A stretch of 64,000 bases of DNA from Mizuhopecten yessoensis (GCF_002113885.1 NW_018406643.1:238136-302135), one strand, 5' to 3'. Counted from the stretch's first letter, positions 14,094 through 27,129 are shown. Numbers and translations: made by a program. Notes: generated by a model not told the origin, from the sequence alone.

Positions 14094-14184
14094 TAAACTC
14101 ACTGACCCCTACATATTTAAACTGGACTTGCCCAGTCTTTGATTTGGTAAGGTTCAAATGTGACTTTAGGGGTGAATTGGTTAA
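14094..14184 (+). mobile_element. TTAA MITE subfamily B
   Basis: 91 bp with TIRs; about 88% identical to the inverted copy at 17560 (11 mismatches by hand). Confidence 0.9.
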
Positions 14185-14208
14185 GTGTGAAAACTGATAA
14201 TATGTTAC

Positions 14209-15094
14209 CTTTGGCTGGATTGACAGAAACCCCAGATCTGTATAGATTCTCTTCCGTCTGCCACACACGGTTCCTGATCACTGTCTTGCCACAGAACAGA
14301 GCCACCAGGGCCACAAAGGCCGCGGCAAATACCTTTTGTGCCACCGAGTTCCGCTGAAGCTTCTTATACACAACATAGCCACCGTGCGCCACCAACAGGC
14401 AAAACCCCATACTTGGAATGTACAATACACGCTCTGCTATCACAAACCCAACGTAGAAAAATAAATTTGTGGCAGGAACGAATGGAAAAACCATGAGTGC
14501 AAATGCCATAACACAAATGTCTTGAGATCGGTAGATTCTGACACCAGTTGTCTGCTCGTCTTCGCTGTCCGTCGAGCTATTGGAAGGACGTCGACTTGAC
14601 GATAAAAGTTTACTACTTTTTAATGAAAGCACGTTTTTGTTATGATGGTGATGGTTGTTATTTTGACTATTGGAATGTGTGTGATGGGTTAACCCATTGC
14701 CATTCATATATGGCTGGAAAATCTTCCCAATTGTACTTTTATTGCTATTATTATGAAGATCACAAATTAACAAATACGATTTATAAAATAACAGAAAATA
14801 AAACACTATTGAATACACATTGCGTACATCCCAGGCTGACTCGACTAATGGAATAGCGTCCATAGACCAATCAAAGCTGAGCACTCGCGGACACAGTAAT
14901 ATCCACAAGTTTAGGGAAGGCAGGAGTAAATAAGTCAATGTCCGGGTCAGCAGACTTTCCGAGTCGGAAGCTGGGTTATCAGATGGGGCAAACTCCGGAG
15001 GTTTGTTTCCCATGAACACAAGGCGGAATGTGATGAGTGATACGCCGACTAGCACCAACAGAACAATCCCCTCCAGGATGTCTTTTCTCTTCAC
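14209..15094 (-). CDS. TMTC2: TMTC2 exon 3 (DUF1736 region MGNKPPEF...DNPA...SFDWSMDAIPL, low-complexity loop, PATNLFFYVGFVIAERVLYIPSMG, ...NPAK)
   Basis: MGNKPP, DNPA, LTRTLT, LSFDWSMDA and ATNLFFYVGFVIAER are TMTC2-type motifs. Acceptor TTACAG|GTG, donor AAAG|GTAACA. 886 nt, phase 0 to 1. Confidence 0.97.
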
Positions 15095-16716
15095 CTGTAA
15101 CAACCAATCAACATTCACCAAATCAGAATGAGGTCATTATTTTAAATTTCAAAGTCATTGGACCTCATGTATCTCAAGCCTACAAAGTGTCTGTGTAAAG
15201 TAGCTCACAGTATCTATCAAGGAAGATAACTCTAACACAAGTTATACGAATAATAAATATGTAAGGTATATTTCATGTATCCTAAATTCAGGTTTCCATA
15301 TATACATAGCGTAGTATGTATGTTGTTTGTGTGTTAAGCATGTTATGTGTTTCCTATCAAACCCACACAGAATCTCCTTCATGAGTAGTGTACGCTGTAC
15401 ATTTACAGCAATTGTAGATTGCTTAAATTCAAATCACTGGAGTTTAATCTTATTGAAATGAAAGAAAATGAAAGAAAAATCTATCTGTCCATCTTTCTTT
15501 CTGGAACACACTTACTGGTTCCCGTCAATGGTATACAATTTTAGGATAACATTGGTCCATTTTCTGGTTTATAAAATGTCCAACTGTACAGTACTTGTTT
15601 TTGCAGGATATTAGAACAGCTGTCTTATTAGGCAAGTGCATGCACAGAATTAAAAGTGCAATATATGCCAACAACAGTTTGTACCTTAGCCTATAGGCTT
15701 CAAATTAGAAGGAACTTATTCCACTTCAAAAGTGTTCAACCATGATTTATTAATAAAACAAAAAGGCAATTGTAATGACAGTTTTGCTTGTAAACTGAGC
15801 TGTGTTTTCTCCAACAGACAGAAACAGATACAACACACTCACTGACCCAGCATACACCTGCTCCACAGTGTGTCGGAGCATACAGCCATTGTACAGCAAT
15901 CAATTCCGTTACCAAACCTGACTATGCACAAACAATAGAACTGTATGTTGTTCTATCAGGCCAACAGCTTACTCATCATGGATACCATATACACATTGTA
16001 TCAAGTTCTCTTTAAAATATCGAGTTGAAAGGCCCCATACAATAAATTCTGAGTAAGTTAGACCAAGACTCATAATGAATAGATGTAAATACATATTCAT
16101 GCAATGACAATAGGCAATTTTGAAATATGTTTTTAAAACATTTACATTAAGTAAGAGTTTCCTTGTCATATGATGTTTTAGTTTTATTACTGAGTGGACA
16201 ACCTTATACATCAGCTGACTGGTCTTGATCCTACTATACAAAATGTGCCTACAATTTACAATTAACATTTTAAACTTTAATATTTTTTTAATTTTTTTTT
16301 CAATATTCATTAATACAACTTACAGATGTACATGTAACTGCATGAGCACATGAAATTTCCTTTTTTTTCCTAAACACCCATTGCAAGTATCTCATGTAAA
16401 TCATATATTTAATCAATATCTCATTTACTTGTACAGGGTCGATGTCCCATCTTTTTGTGGTTTGATGTATCTTATATCTAATTAATATTCCCGTTATGGA
16501 CGTCAGGGTATATGAGATTTTAATTAATTTTATAAACCCCGATCAGTCACAACATTCACCTGAACGTCATATATAAGAGGTTTATCTCCGATTTCTCCCT
16601 ACCTAAAATAGTAGGACTTGATCAGTGTTTGTTGTGACTGGGTTTATCTCACTCCCTCATCATCAGTCACCTTGATAACCTTTACCTATCTCTAATCACT
16701 GTGGTCCTATCACTGC

Positions 16717-16915
16717 TTGGTTTGGTTTGTTTGTGTTTTACGTCCTATAAACAGCTACGGTCATTTAAAGACGTGCCAGATTTTGGTGGTGGAGGAAAAC
16801 TGGTACCCCGAATATGGTAACTACCCCATGTATACCCTCAAACCAACAACCCAGTGGTGTAGGGCTAGTGGTTAGATGGTCAGACACCTTATTTACCACT
16901 CGGCCATCGAGGCTC
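16717..16915 (-). mobile_element. V-domain tRNA SINE, family 2 (tail GCTGTTAATAGGACGTTAAAC...AAACCAAAC)
   Basis: A box TGGCCGAGTGG, V-like CCAGTTTTCCTCCACC, shared tail, and a degenerate TSD GGT(C/T)(C/A)TATCACTG. Confidence 0.8.
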
Positions 16916-17559
16916 TCACGGTTATATCACTGACTTTAACAAAATACACCATCACTCTACATAGCATTTATGACTTTTAAATTTCAAACTGATATCTCAA
17001 CTTCATTTTTAATAGAATTTGTAACAATTATGCCATCTATTTGCATACATATTAATTAGAAACTATTCAATTAAAAACAAGATTCTGAATTGGCTTCAAA
17101 TTTCCACGAAATAACGTAATTCCAATATTTTCACATTTTTAACTATCACATTATTCAGCCCTCATAGAATTTAAATATTCAAGTCAATATTAGCTGATAG
17201 ATTGCCAATCTGTACTCTGTCTGTTGCTTTGATTTAAATTTAAATAAAAATATAATTGATAATGTACCAATTTCAACCCAACATACCACCACCTGTGCAG
17301 TTTATCTCATTTTGTATCTACAAAAGCATCAAGGGGCCTGTATTTTCCACTTAGTATGTATTTTATTTACATGTTGTGCATGAAAAGCATTAGCAGGACA
17401 ATTTGTTAACCGATAATATCCTAATTATACCAATTATATAACCTACACTGAACTTTGACCCCTATAGTTAGACCCAGATTAAGTCAATTTTCAAAAATAA
17501 TGTACCGTGGTTAACATACACAAAATAACATACACAAAATAACGTATGGCTTTGTGATA

Positions 17560-17650
17560 TTAACCCATTCAACCCTAAAGTCACATTTGACCCTTACTGA
17601 ATCAAAGACTGGGCAAGTCCAGTTACAATATGCAGGGGTGAATGAGTTAA
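17560..17650 (-). mobile_element. TTAA MITE subfamily B, inverted copy
   Basis: 91 bp with TTAA at both ends; reverse complement of the 14094 copy. Confidence 0.9.
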
Positions 17651-17828
17651 AAGAATTGGGCGTGTCCTCTACAGCCATGAGAGTATACAAATTTGAATAT
17701 AACATCCAAATGTTAAAAATCATATACTGAAATATAAAACACTGTGATGATTAAACAGCAGTAAAAGATTTCAAAGCTAAATACCCATGAAATTGCACAA
17801 CGACCTATGAGTAACGCAAGTGAAGTTT

Positions 17829-18522
17829 AACAAGAGATCCCAGAGGGATCTTGGCACCCACCTTTGTCCCATCTTCATTAGTTCTTTATCAGTTCGATCT
17901 TTTCTATTCTTTCCTCTAATCTGTTTGATCGAGTCATGTTAACAGTAAATGCACCTTGAAGTAACTTTTGATCTAAACTTAATACTGATGTGTATGAAAG
18001 ACAAACTTCAAAGTGAGTTTGTCATTTCACATATTTACTAGTACAGTACTTAATGTGAAAGAAATACAATCGATCATTGCAATATGAGAAAGATCTGTTT
18101 AGTTCTTCTTTTAATCCATTTGTTTTTATGATCAGTCTCAAAATATAACATACACAACAAGGGATCAAGGGGAACCTACATTTAAAATTTGAGAAAGATC
18201 CCTCTAGTACTTCTTGAGAAATAGCGATAACAAACTTTCACTATCAAAATCCAAGATGGCTGCCTGTCGGCCATGTTGTTTATCCTATCAGTCTCAAAAG
18301 TCGCCCTGCACAGCTAAGGGCCAAGGGGAACCTGCATATAAAATTTGAGAAAGATCCCTCTGGTACCTCTTGAGAAATACCGATAACAAGAATTGTTTAC
18401 GGACGGACGACGGACGACGGACGACAGACGACGGACGGCGGACCACGGACAACGGACGGACGACGGACCACAGACGCAGGGTGATTTAAATAGCCCACCA
18501 TCAGATGACAGTGGGCTAAAAA
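17829..18522. mobile_element. Helentron-associated non-autonomous element (HINE / pearl-CvA-like)
   Basis: AACAAGAG end, AGATCCC-AGA-GGGATCT palindrome, subTIR, 156-bp core repeat in ~1.7 copies (18131, 18287), GACG/GGAC microsatellite (18398-18475), terminal hairpin TAGCCCAC...GTGGGCTA plus A run. Confidence 0.85.
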
Positions 18523-19529
18523 TTTAGAGATTTATTTATATGCAAATTCTAAATGATATACAAACAAATTACCTGCTGGCTATAATTAATGTATCTCAGA
18601 GACCATCAAGGCAATATATATGCAGACCCAGTCGTCAGGAATTACTCTGGGTAATTACATTTATGCATTTTCACGACTGAAACACATTTACTTCCAAATT
18701 TGAGGTTGAAAAAAAGAAGACATTTAAAATGTTTACAAGATTGATGGAAATAGCGAGCATGCTTAAAACACTCCGGAGTAAAGATATATATATATACAGA
18801 ACACCAAATTTACAAAATTTCCTCGGCTACATGACCTTCAGTTTCCACTATTGGGATCTATATATGGGAGACTGTGATCATTTTAATTACAGCTTTACTT
18901 CTAAAGCATATATTTTCTGCAGACTACTTGTACCACAACCAGGTTGAAAGATCTGTACGCTTAATGAGACACTACCTAAAAAGTCAATTCAATGTTTTAT
19001 AATTTCTAAAATTTATGATGAAGATGGTATATGTTAATATAAAATGTGATTTTCAAGAGAAAAAGAAAAGAAAATAATAGTTTTAAATGTTAAAAAAATA
19101 TATTTTTCAGATTTGAGTAAATAGTTAAGAAGTTACCATAATGCTTTTAACAACTGAGCCCTAGTAATTTTAAATTATTGGTTCCAACAACTTAAATAAC
19201 TTTTCAAATCCAACTTTACTTTTGTTGAATGTAACCACTGAGCCCATTATTTCAACTTAACACTTTCTAATGGTACAATTTTAAACCATGCATACTCTAA
19301 CATGTAAAGTCCACATCTTCATGCTGAATATCCGACCCCAGAATGCAGCACTTAAATCCGTATCCTGCACCTTTACAAACATCTATGCAAAATCTTTTAC
19401 TTTTATATATCTCTACCTTATTTAAGCCCATTAATCCCTTTCACATCTTTGCATTTGCAAATCTCCTCCTTACAGTTTCACCTGCAAAACCTGACATCTT
19501 TACTTTTACAATCTCTTATCTCTAAACGC

Positions 19530-20390
19530 AACATGACCTTTACTCTTAGCTCAACACACTTTTACTCTCAACTCATGATCAACACACCTTTACTGTAACT
19601 TAACAAACCTTTACTGTCAACTCAACACACCTTTACTCTAACTTAACATACATTTACTCTCAACTCAACACACATTTACTGTAAACTCAACACACCCTTA
19701 TTATCTATTCAACACACCTTTACTGTAAACTTAACACACCTTTACTCTTTACTCAACACACCCTTACTCTTTACTCAACACACCTTTACTGTAAACTCAA
19801 CACACCTTACTCTTTACTCAACACACCTTTACTGTAAACTCAACACACCTTTACTGTAACTTAACACACCTTTACTGTAACTTAACACACCTTTATTGTA
19901 AACTCAACACACCTTTACTCTTTTACTCAACACACCTTTACTCTTTTACTCAACACACCTTTACTGTAACTTAACACACCTTTACTGTAACTTAACACAC
20001 CTTTACTGTAAACTCAACACACCTTTACTTTTTTACTCAACACACCTTTACTGTAAACTCAACACACCTTTACTGTAAACTCAACACACCTTTACTGTAT
20101 AGTAAATACACCTTTACTCTTTTACTCAACACAACTCTAATGTAATTATAACTTAACACACTTTTACTGTAACTTAACACACCTTTACTGTAACTCAACA
20201 CACCTTTAAACTCAACACAGCTTTCTGTAAAGTCAACACTCTTAAACTATAAACTCAACACACCTTTACCCCTAACGTAACACACTTTAACCCTTAACTT
20301 ACTACCTCAGCTCAAAACACTTTTACTTTTAACCCTACACACCTTCAATCTAAATCAGCACACCTTTAGCACAACACATCTTTACCCTAG
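19530..20390. repeat. Minisatellite, 21-23-bp unit ACTCAACACACCTTTACTGTAA, about 38 copies
   Basis: Visible tandem array with interleaved variants (...CTGTAA / ...CTCTTTT). Confidence 0.95.
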
Positions 20391-22349
20391 CTACAGGTAA
20401 TTCAATTCACATAAAGGATTGTTGGCTTATTGATTTCACACCATATATAGGACTGCAATCATCATGACAACCATCTTTTCTTACATTACGCAATAAGGAT
20501 CATACCAAATCTCACATGGGTTTACGACACATAATTGAAAGGCCAAACACAAGTAAAGTTGTGTTTTTTTGTTTCAGATCCAAAATAATGGGATCGTCAG
20601 TTCAGAAGGAAAACATCTTTATTATTCTGGTTTCATTTTCTTTTTTTCCATTTGATGTTAATCTCATTTGGTCACAAATATTTTATAAATCATACTGTGT
20701 TATTGTCAAATTTGATATAAATTTATGAAATATGCAACTATATCTGTTTGAAAGCACAAATACTTAAACACAGTGAAATATTACTGAGCACTTGAAGAAT
20801 CAGGCAGAAACAAATGTGTTTTTCCCAACTGGAGTGAATTAAATGTTTTCCTGTCAGAGGTCAAAAATTATCACTCAGGAAATGAAACACAACAATTTTT
20901 TTATCTGGTCGAAAAAAGGCAACTAGAATCCTGCTCTCAACACTTGTTAGCAATTCTTTTTAATAATTTAAACACGTCAAAAATTCCAAATCTAACATCC
21001 ATGCCCATTATATTTTATCACTCGGCTCAGAGGATTTTAAGCTCCATCATCAATCTATTATTTACATTGGATAACATGGCCACTGTTGTATGTAGAGCAG
21101 CGGGTTTCCAGACAGATTGATCAATATCAAACTCGGTAATAAATATCAAAGTTCACACAACAAGAGAAATACTTGCTGGTGTCCTGTTTAAACATTATGT
21201 GAAACCTGTGGAACCTGCACAATATCAAAATGTTTTAGAAATCCCCAACTCTCTCAAATAGTAAAACCTCTATTGAGTCAAGACGTGGACATTTTTTAAA
21301 ATAAAAGCCTTATCACATGTACAAAGAGTATACATTCATCAGTAAAAAGAAATTAAAGTGGCTCATAAAATAAAGAAGCCTTATATTCAAATTTTACTTT
21401 ACACAGTTTTAATTTGTATATAGATTTTTTTGTATTACATGGCAAACAACTAGATGATGCAGTGTTGCATCTGATTCATGATCTTATAATTATGATATTA
21501 CGATTATAAAATTAAGGCAGATAATCTCAAAACAATCACAGAGCATTATATTTAATTGAGTTTTCATATTATTTTGTTTTTTAAATCAACCAGAAACAAA
21601 CAGAGATTATTTCCTGTATTTTAAGATCAGTTACCAAAATGTTCTACATCATATTTGTGATTTTCTGTATATTTATAGGGTTGGGTTCAGTTTTGAATTT
21701 AAGAAGTTTCTAATTAGAATTACTGGTATTTAATGTAAATAAACTAAATTTACTATTCCTAAAAAAAGCATTAACAGTTGTTGCCCAGTGATGTTGTTAT
21801 CACTTCTTTACTTGATTCTGATGTTTTGGCAATCAAAAGCACAGTAATTATCACCAGTATTTACACCTCGAGATTAACTTATCCAGACAGACTCGCCAGT
21901 AAAAGAAGGCGTTGGCTCCAAAATTCTTATACATGTATTGATTTTATGATAAATTGTTTGCTGTGATTTGCTTAACAGCAAACAAACCTGTGAAATAACA
22001 CTGTACAATTTAGGAATGACTTGAAATACGTAATCACAACTCCTTTGAATAAAGCACTGTCAGCTTACATTGTCAACAAAGACTAAAACAAATCAGTGAT
22101 AATTTCCTGATTATCAAAACTGAGAACAAAATATACATTTATATATACTGGTATTTAACATGATCTCATCTTAAGATAATATATTACAGATCATGGTATT
22201 CAGGCAAAAAATGATAATTTTAGGATAACATATCATATACACACAAAAATAATTATATTTTCACAAAAACTTTGTGAAAAATTTAATTTGAACATTTGAC
22301 GTGATAAGGACTATATATTGATCAGTAAGTTAAAAGCATGTAACTTGAT

Positions 22350-22810
22350 CAATTCTGTTTAACCAGCTGGACCATCTGAACATAACCAGATGAATCTAAA
22401 TCCATACAGATTGATGGAGAATATTGGGATTACCTTCAGATATTATATATAAAAAATATACCCATATTTTTACAGATATTTTTCAAGAAATTGAATTGGA
22501 ACATTTGACTTATCACCAAATTAAGCTAACAAGACTTTATCTATTATGTTTAACCAGCTGGACCATTTGAACATTACCAGATGAATCTAAATCCATATAG
22601 ATTGATGGAGAATATTGGGATTACCTTCCGATATTATATATAAAGATAACCATATTTTTACAGATATTTTTCAAGAAGTTGAATTGGAACATTTGACTTA
22701 TCACCTAATTAAGCTAACAAGACTTTATCAATTCTGTTTAACCAGCTGGACCATCTGAACATTACCAGATGAATCTAAATCCACATAGATTGATGGAGAA
22801 CACTGGGGAG
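22350..22810. repeat. Tandem duplication, ~190-bp unit, about 2.4 copies
   Basis: GTTTAACCAGCTGGACCAT...GATTGATGGAGAA recurs at ~22357, ~22548 and ~22736. Confidence 0.92.
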
Positions 22811-23867
22811 CTCTTTAACAATGGAGTGCAAACCCAACACTCCATGACAACAGTAATTGTATTATCAATCAAAGTCGATTTTCACTTGAAGTACTCAAGC
22901 CTTGATGAAGTCCTTGAGACACATGAACATAATCCATGCTCACAGTTATGTAACTGACTGAACATTTCACAATATATCTGTCGATGATCATGGAAAATCT
23001 CATCAAGTTGTTGCCAATATACATAAATCATTTTTATCCCAGCATCGGGAGCTCATTTAAAACAGATGAATATTCAAGGTTAACTGGCCAGATTTGGCCC
23101 CCTTAGTTCCAGTCTGTGACATTAAATCTGCTCCGCCAAGGGAGAAAACTTGGATGGTTAGGTAACAGAGGGATCTCAGCAGGCTGACGTCTAAAGAATT
23201 AAATTGTTCATCCATGTAAAGAAGGCCTGAATCAAAATAATCTTCCAACATCATGTGATATGAATCCATAATGCTTTAAATGGCTTACTGGCGCCCACAA
23301 AAACAGGAAATGGTTTTACCGGTAAATTGAACTGAATAAAGATACTAAATTCAAATTTATGTCGAGAATTTTCTTCTTGATGGTGTAACACTGTAGATAT
23401 GGGCTTAGCCATATAAATCCTATTAGCTCACTTACAATGCATTCTTCATCTCCTGATTATTTCTCAGGTAAGGAAGAATAAATCCTATCTCTTAACTCAT
23501 CTGGTTATGCAAGTTTACAGTACGGCACGAGACTGTCATGCACATATAATGCAAAACACTTAAGGGATTTGGGAAATATCTGTTTCTCCTGGAAGAGTGG
23601 ACAGAACATATTCAACACATTTTAACTTGTTAAATACTGAATTTGCTGTGGGAACTTGGGCCTTATCCTGTCAGTTTAGTTCTATAAGTAGAAAAGTTTC
23701 AAGAAGAATTAAAGAACAAATTGTTTGATCTGTAAGATTGGGACAGAAATGAAAGTTTTTTCATCATTACATATCGTTCTTTACAAAACAAAATGGTCCA
23801 GCTGATAGTATTCTGGAGATCCCAACAGATATATATATGACTACTGAATATAAATATCGTGTCAAAT

Positions 23868-24460
23868 ACTGTGGAATGAGAAACGCTTGTCATGATCGTG
23901 AGACAACACCTTTCATGGGACACCTGTAATGAGAGGCCATGTATGTTAAGAGACGACTTGTGAGATAATTTGTCTTAAGATTAAGAAATCACCTAGAATC
24001 ACTTGTCATGGCCCATTTGCCTTTAGATTCTACAGTTTATATCTAGTAACCTGCTGGGAGAACGCCTGTTTTAAGAAACCACCTCTCCTGAAAGACCAGG
24101 GGGCTGCAGTGACCAAGTGGTGAAGGAGTTTGACCGTCTAAAATCACTAAAGACATAAAGGCCTATGTGGGGCAGTTGCCAGGTACTGGTCGCAGGTCAG
24201 TGTTTTTTTCTCCAGGTACTCCAGTTTCCTCCAGCACCAAACCTTGACTTGGCCTTAGATTACTCTAGATGTTAATAGGATGTAAAGCAAAAACAAACCA
24301 AACTGAACCAAATCATCCCAATTGACCACATACAAGACTATTTTTCCTTAGAAATAATGGCCACCTAGCTAGTAAAAGACTATGTTTTCCGAGATTTCCT
24401 AAGAGACCCCCACACTCCCAGAAACACCTGCCCTAAGAGACCACCTGTCTATTCTCATAG
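23868..24460. mobile_element. Degraded MITE with AAGAGACCACC subrepeats, interrupted by a SINE
   Basis: Repeated AAGA(G/A)ACCAC(C) motifs on both sides of the SINE at 24099. Confidence 0.45.
24099..24312 (+). mobile_element. V-domain tRNA SINE, family 2
   Basis: A-box-like TGACCAAGTGG, V core TTTTCTCCAGGTACTCCAGTTTCCTCC, tail GTTAATAGGATGTAAAGCAAAAACAAACCAAAC. Confidence 0.8.
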
Positions 24461-24908
24461 TTTTAAGCGCATGTCGATAATAACACTACATTATGTAGAG
24501 CCAAGGCCCTAACATTACATTTATGACCAAATTTACACTTTGATGCGATGCACTCCAGAAATTTATGACAATACTTGCTTATGTTGGAGGGTTGTGGTGA
24601 AGTGTTTGCCTGTTCAGGGCCCTTCATAACAGGAGAGGATGGTCGTGTACACGTACTGTAGGGGTGTGCCGAAACTAACAATAAACTATTACTGGTGTTG
24701 GCACTGTCAGCTTTAAAGAATTCTGTCAGCTTTACGCAATTTGTGATGTACATACATGCATCTTATATCAATTCTGAAAAGACCTTTTCAAATTAACTCA
24801 AATAAATTCAGCAAGATGTACAGAGGAAAACATCCAGAGGCCAACTGGAACCAAACAAACCTGCCAGGATATGGCTATAGTCGAATACCCATGTTTTCAA
24901 GGACAGAT

Positions 24909-25012
24909 CACAGGGGTTTGTTACAAATGTCTGAAATGTACACATATGCTATACTCATAGCACACATAAACATACATATGTGTATTTCAGACATTTGTAA
25001 CAAACCCCTGTG
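24909..25012. mobile_element. 104-bp foldback MITE, CACAG termini, 7-bp TSD GACAGAT (P-superfamily-like)
   Basis: Perfect 29-bp TIR CACAGGGGTTTGTTACAAATGTCTGAAAT; exact direct repeat GACAGAT at 24902-24908 and 25013-25019. Confidence 0.9.
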
Positions 25013-25725
25013 GACAGATAGTATCTTACTTTGTAGCAAAGAAGCTAGGAATGATCACACAAAAAACTTATTCAATACAAGAGTTTTTAGAGTATATTAT
25101 GGCATGCGATATCATTGTACACCAATGTGTTACAGGTGTTTGGTCAGGATAAGAGGGCAGTCAGTCAAGATAAGGGGTGAATGGTGGACGACTTGTACAG
25201 CCCCATATAACACAGCTTTATCAGCCCCTTAGTGGCAATATAAACATCACACTATCTAAATTGAACCTTATTTACCGCTTACCATGTGCAAGTGAGGATA
25301 TCACACATACTTGACATACTACTCCTCAATCACCTGGATAATCGAGAGCCTAAACTGTACTGCACCCTTTAACACTAGGTAGACCCAATAACCACAAACA
25401 TTTTGTATTGCTAATCTGGTCACAATGTCAAGGGAAAATTCAAAAGATTAAAACTACCTAAATATCTTATTTGTAATCAAAGGCCTCAAAACACTGTGCC
25501 ATACAAATCCAGTTCTCAAAATTGGGGTTACTGTATATGCCTTATAATTATAACGATTATTTGTATCTTTTTAAATCTTAGTGTCAATTAAATTTTTGCT
25601 GGATTTTTTTATGTTGAATATTACAAAAATATATAAATTAGGATAAATACCTTCCATCTGAATGTGAAATAATCTCCTTTATAAAAGAGTTCTACATATA
25701 TGATAAACCCTTAAGGTTAAAACCA

Positions 25726-25919
25726 TATTCCGTCTGCGTATTGCAGAGTTATCTTCTCTTGTGAGCATATGCAGGTATTGATTGTTACGTCATTGGATTG
25801 TGTGAGAAAATTACGTCGTTTTCTCAAAAACTGATGACATTATACTCTCACAAACAAATGACGTAACAATATACCTGATCACAAGAGCAGATAACTCTGC
25901 AATACGAAAAGACGGAATA
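25726..25919. mobile_element. Palindromic TA-flanked MITE, ~190 bp
   Basis: Arms TATTCCGTCT..CGTATTGCAGAGTTATCT(T/G)CTCTTGTGA and ATTGTTACGTCATT / AATGACGTAACAAT. Confidence 0.85.
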
Positions 25920-26015
25920 CCACTGCACAAGTTATAAAAGCAAGGTACGACTTGAGTTTTCTCCCTTGCACAGTTGTATCTATAGAAGACAATGCAAATT
26001 TGAGTACTGACAAAA

Positions 26016-26270
26016 AACAAGAGGCCCATGGGCCTTAACGGTCACCTGAGTTTATAGTATTTATTTTTGTTGTTGAAATATGTACCAATTTGAGTAAAAA
26101 ATAGTATAATGTTAACTTAACTTTGTCAGGACCATGAGACGATCATTCCTACCAACTTTCAGTTCAAGCGGCCCAGCAGAACTTGACTTTAAGTTTGAAA
26201 TGTAAAATGTTAACGGACGACGGACGACGACGGACGAAAACGGATAGCAATAGGTCAGGTGACCTAAAAA
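26016..26270. mobile_element. Short HINE-like element
   Basis: AACAAGAGGCCCATGGGCCT palindrome, subTIR GGTCACCTGA, GACG microsatellite, terminal TAGGTCAGGTGACCTAAAAA. Confidence 0.8.
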
Positions 26271-27129
26271 TCTGGTTTCAATTGATTTCCTTGGCAAGGC
26301 ATTCATCTTTCATTTTTATACCTTATTTTTACAATTCTTTGATAGTGACATTGGTTAAGTGTACTTGTTAGCAATTGATTTGCCCCTAAGCTCAGCCTAT
26401 GGAATATACCTTTTTCTTGCTTGTTCAGTTTCACATTTCTTTTTTGAAATACCAAAATTGTCAACTGTAAATCTCCCTGATGATTTTCCTCCTTATGATC
26501 TTTGGTTGAGTGAAACGAAAGCATTCAGTTACCATCAACTCAAGATTTTTTCATGACAGAGAATTCAGTTTTGTTGTGGAAACTTTACAAACACAGGTAC
26601 ATTCACATTTTCTCCAACTTGTTTTCAGATTAAATTAACTGTTTATTTCATGTAGATTTTTGATTTTTTTAAATAATAAAAAAAATCAAAATTTCAATAT
26701 GCTATAAGAAAATATGCTATCTTTCTATTACAAAATGAATACCCACCCTGCAGTTTTGAAATACATCTCATTAGTCATGTATTTTTTGAAAGGCAACCAT
26801 TTCTCTTTGCTTGTAAAAATTTGCACTCCCCGACCCCCCCCTTACTTAATTGAAATTAAAAGGAGATTTAATTTCAAGTTGAAATGTAATATTCCGTAAC
26901 TTTTCACAATATTGAGATTCTGATAATTCTAATTTGAGTTGAATTTAGTTTGTATAGATTATTTTTTGCTTGATGAATCGAGTCTGGTTACATAAATAGT
27001 TGTATGATAATGTATTTGATGAATTTATCCATCTGAATGTGAGTGTTGTTTTGATTTGTATTTTTTTGCGGGAGAATAGTTGAGACAGAATGTGTGTCTG
27101 TATATGATGGACGAGAATGAATAACTTAC

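Noticed and set aside
14117-15121. 334-aa ORF as a stand-alone gene
   Set aside because: It is TMTC2 exon 3 plus read-through into both introns; the C-terminal tail is MITE sequence.
24756-25232. 158-aa plus-strand ORF
   Set aside because: It runs through the foldback MITE, shows no recognisable domain, and is antisense intronic.
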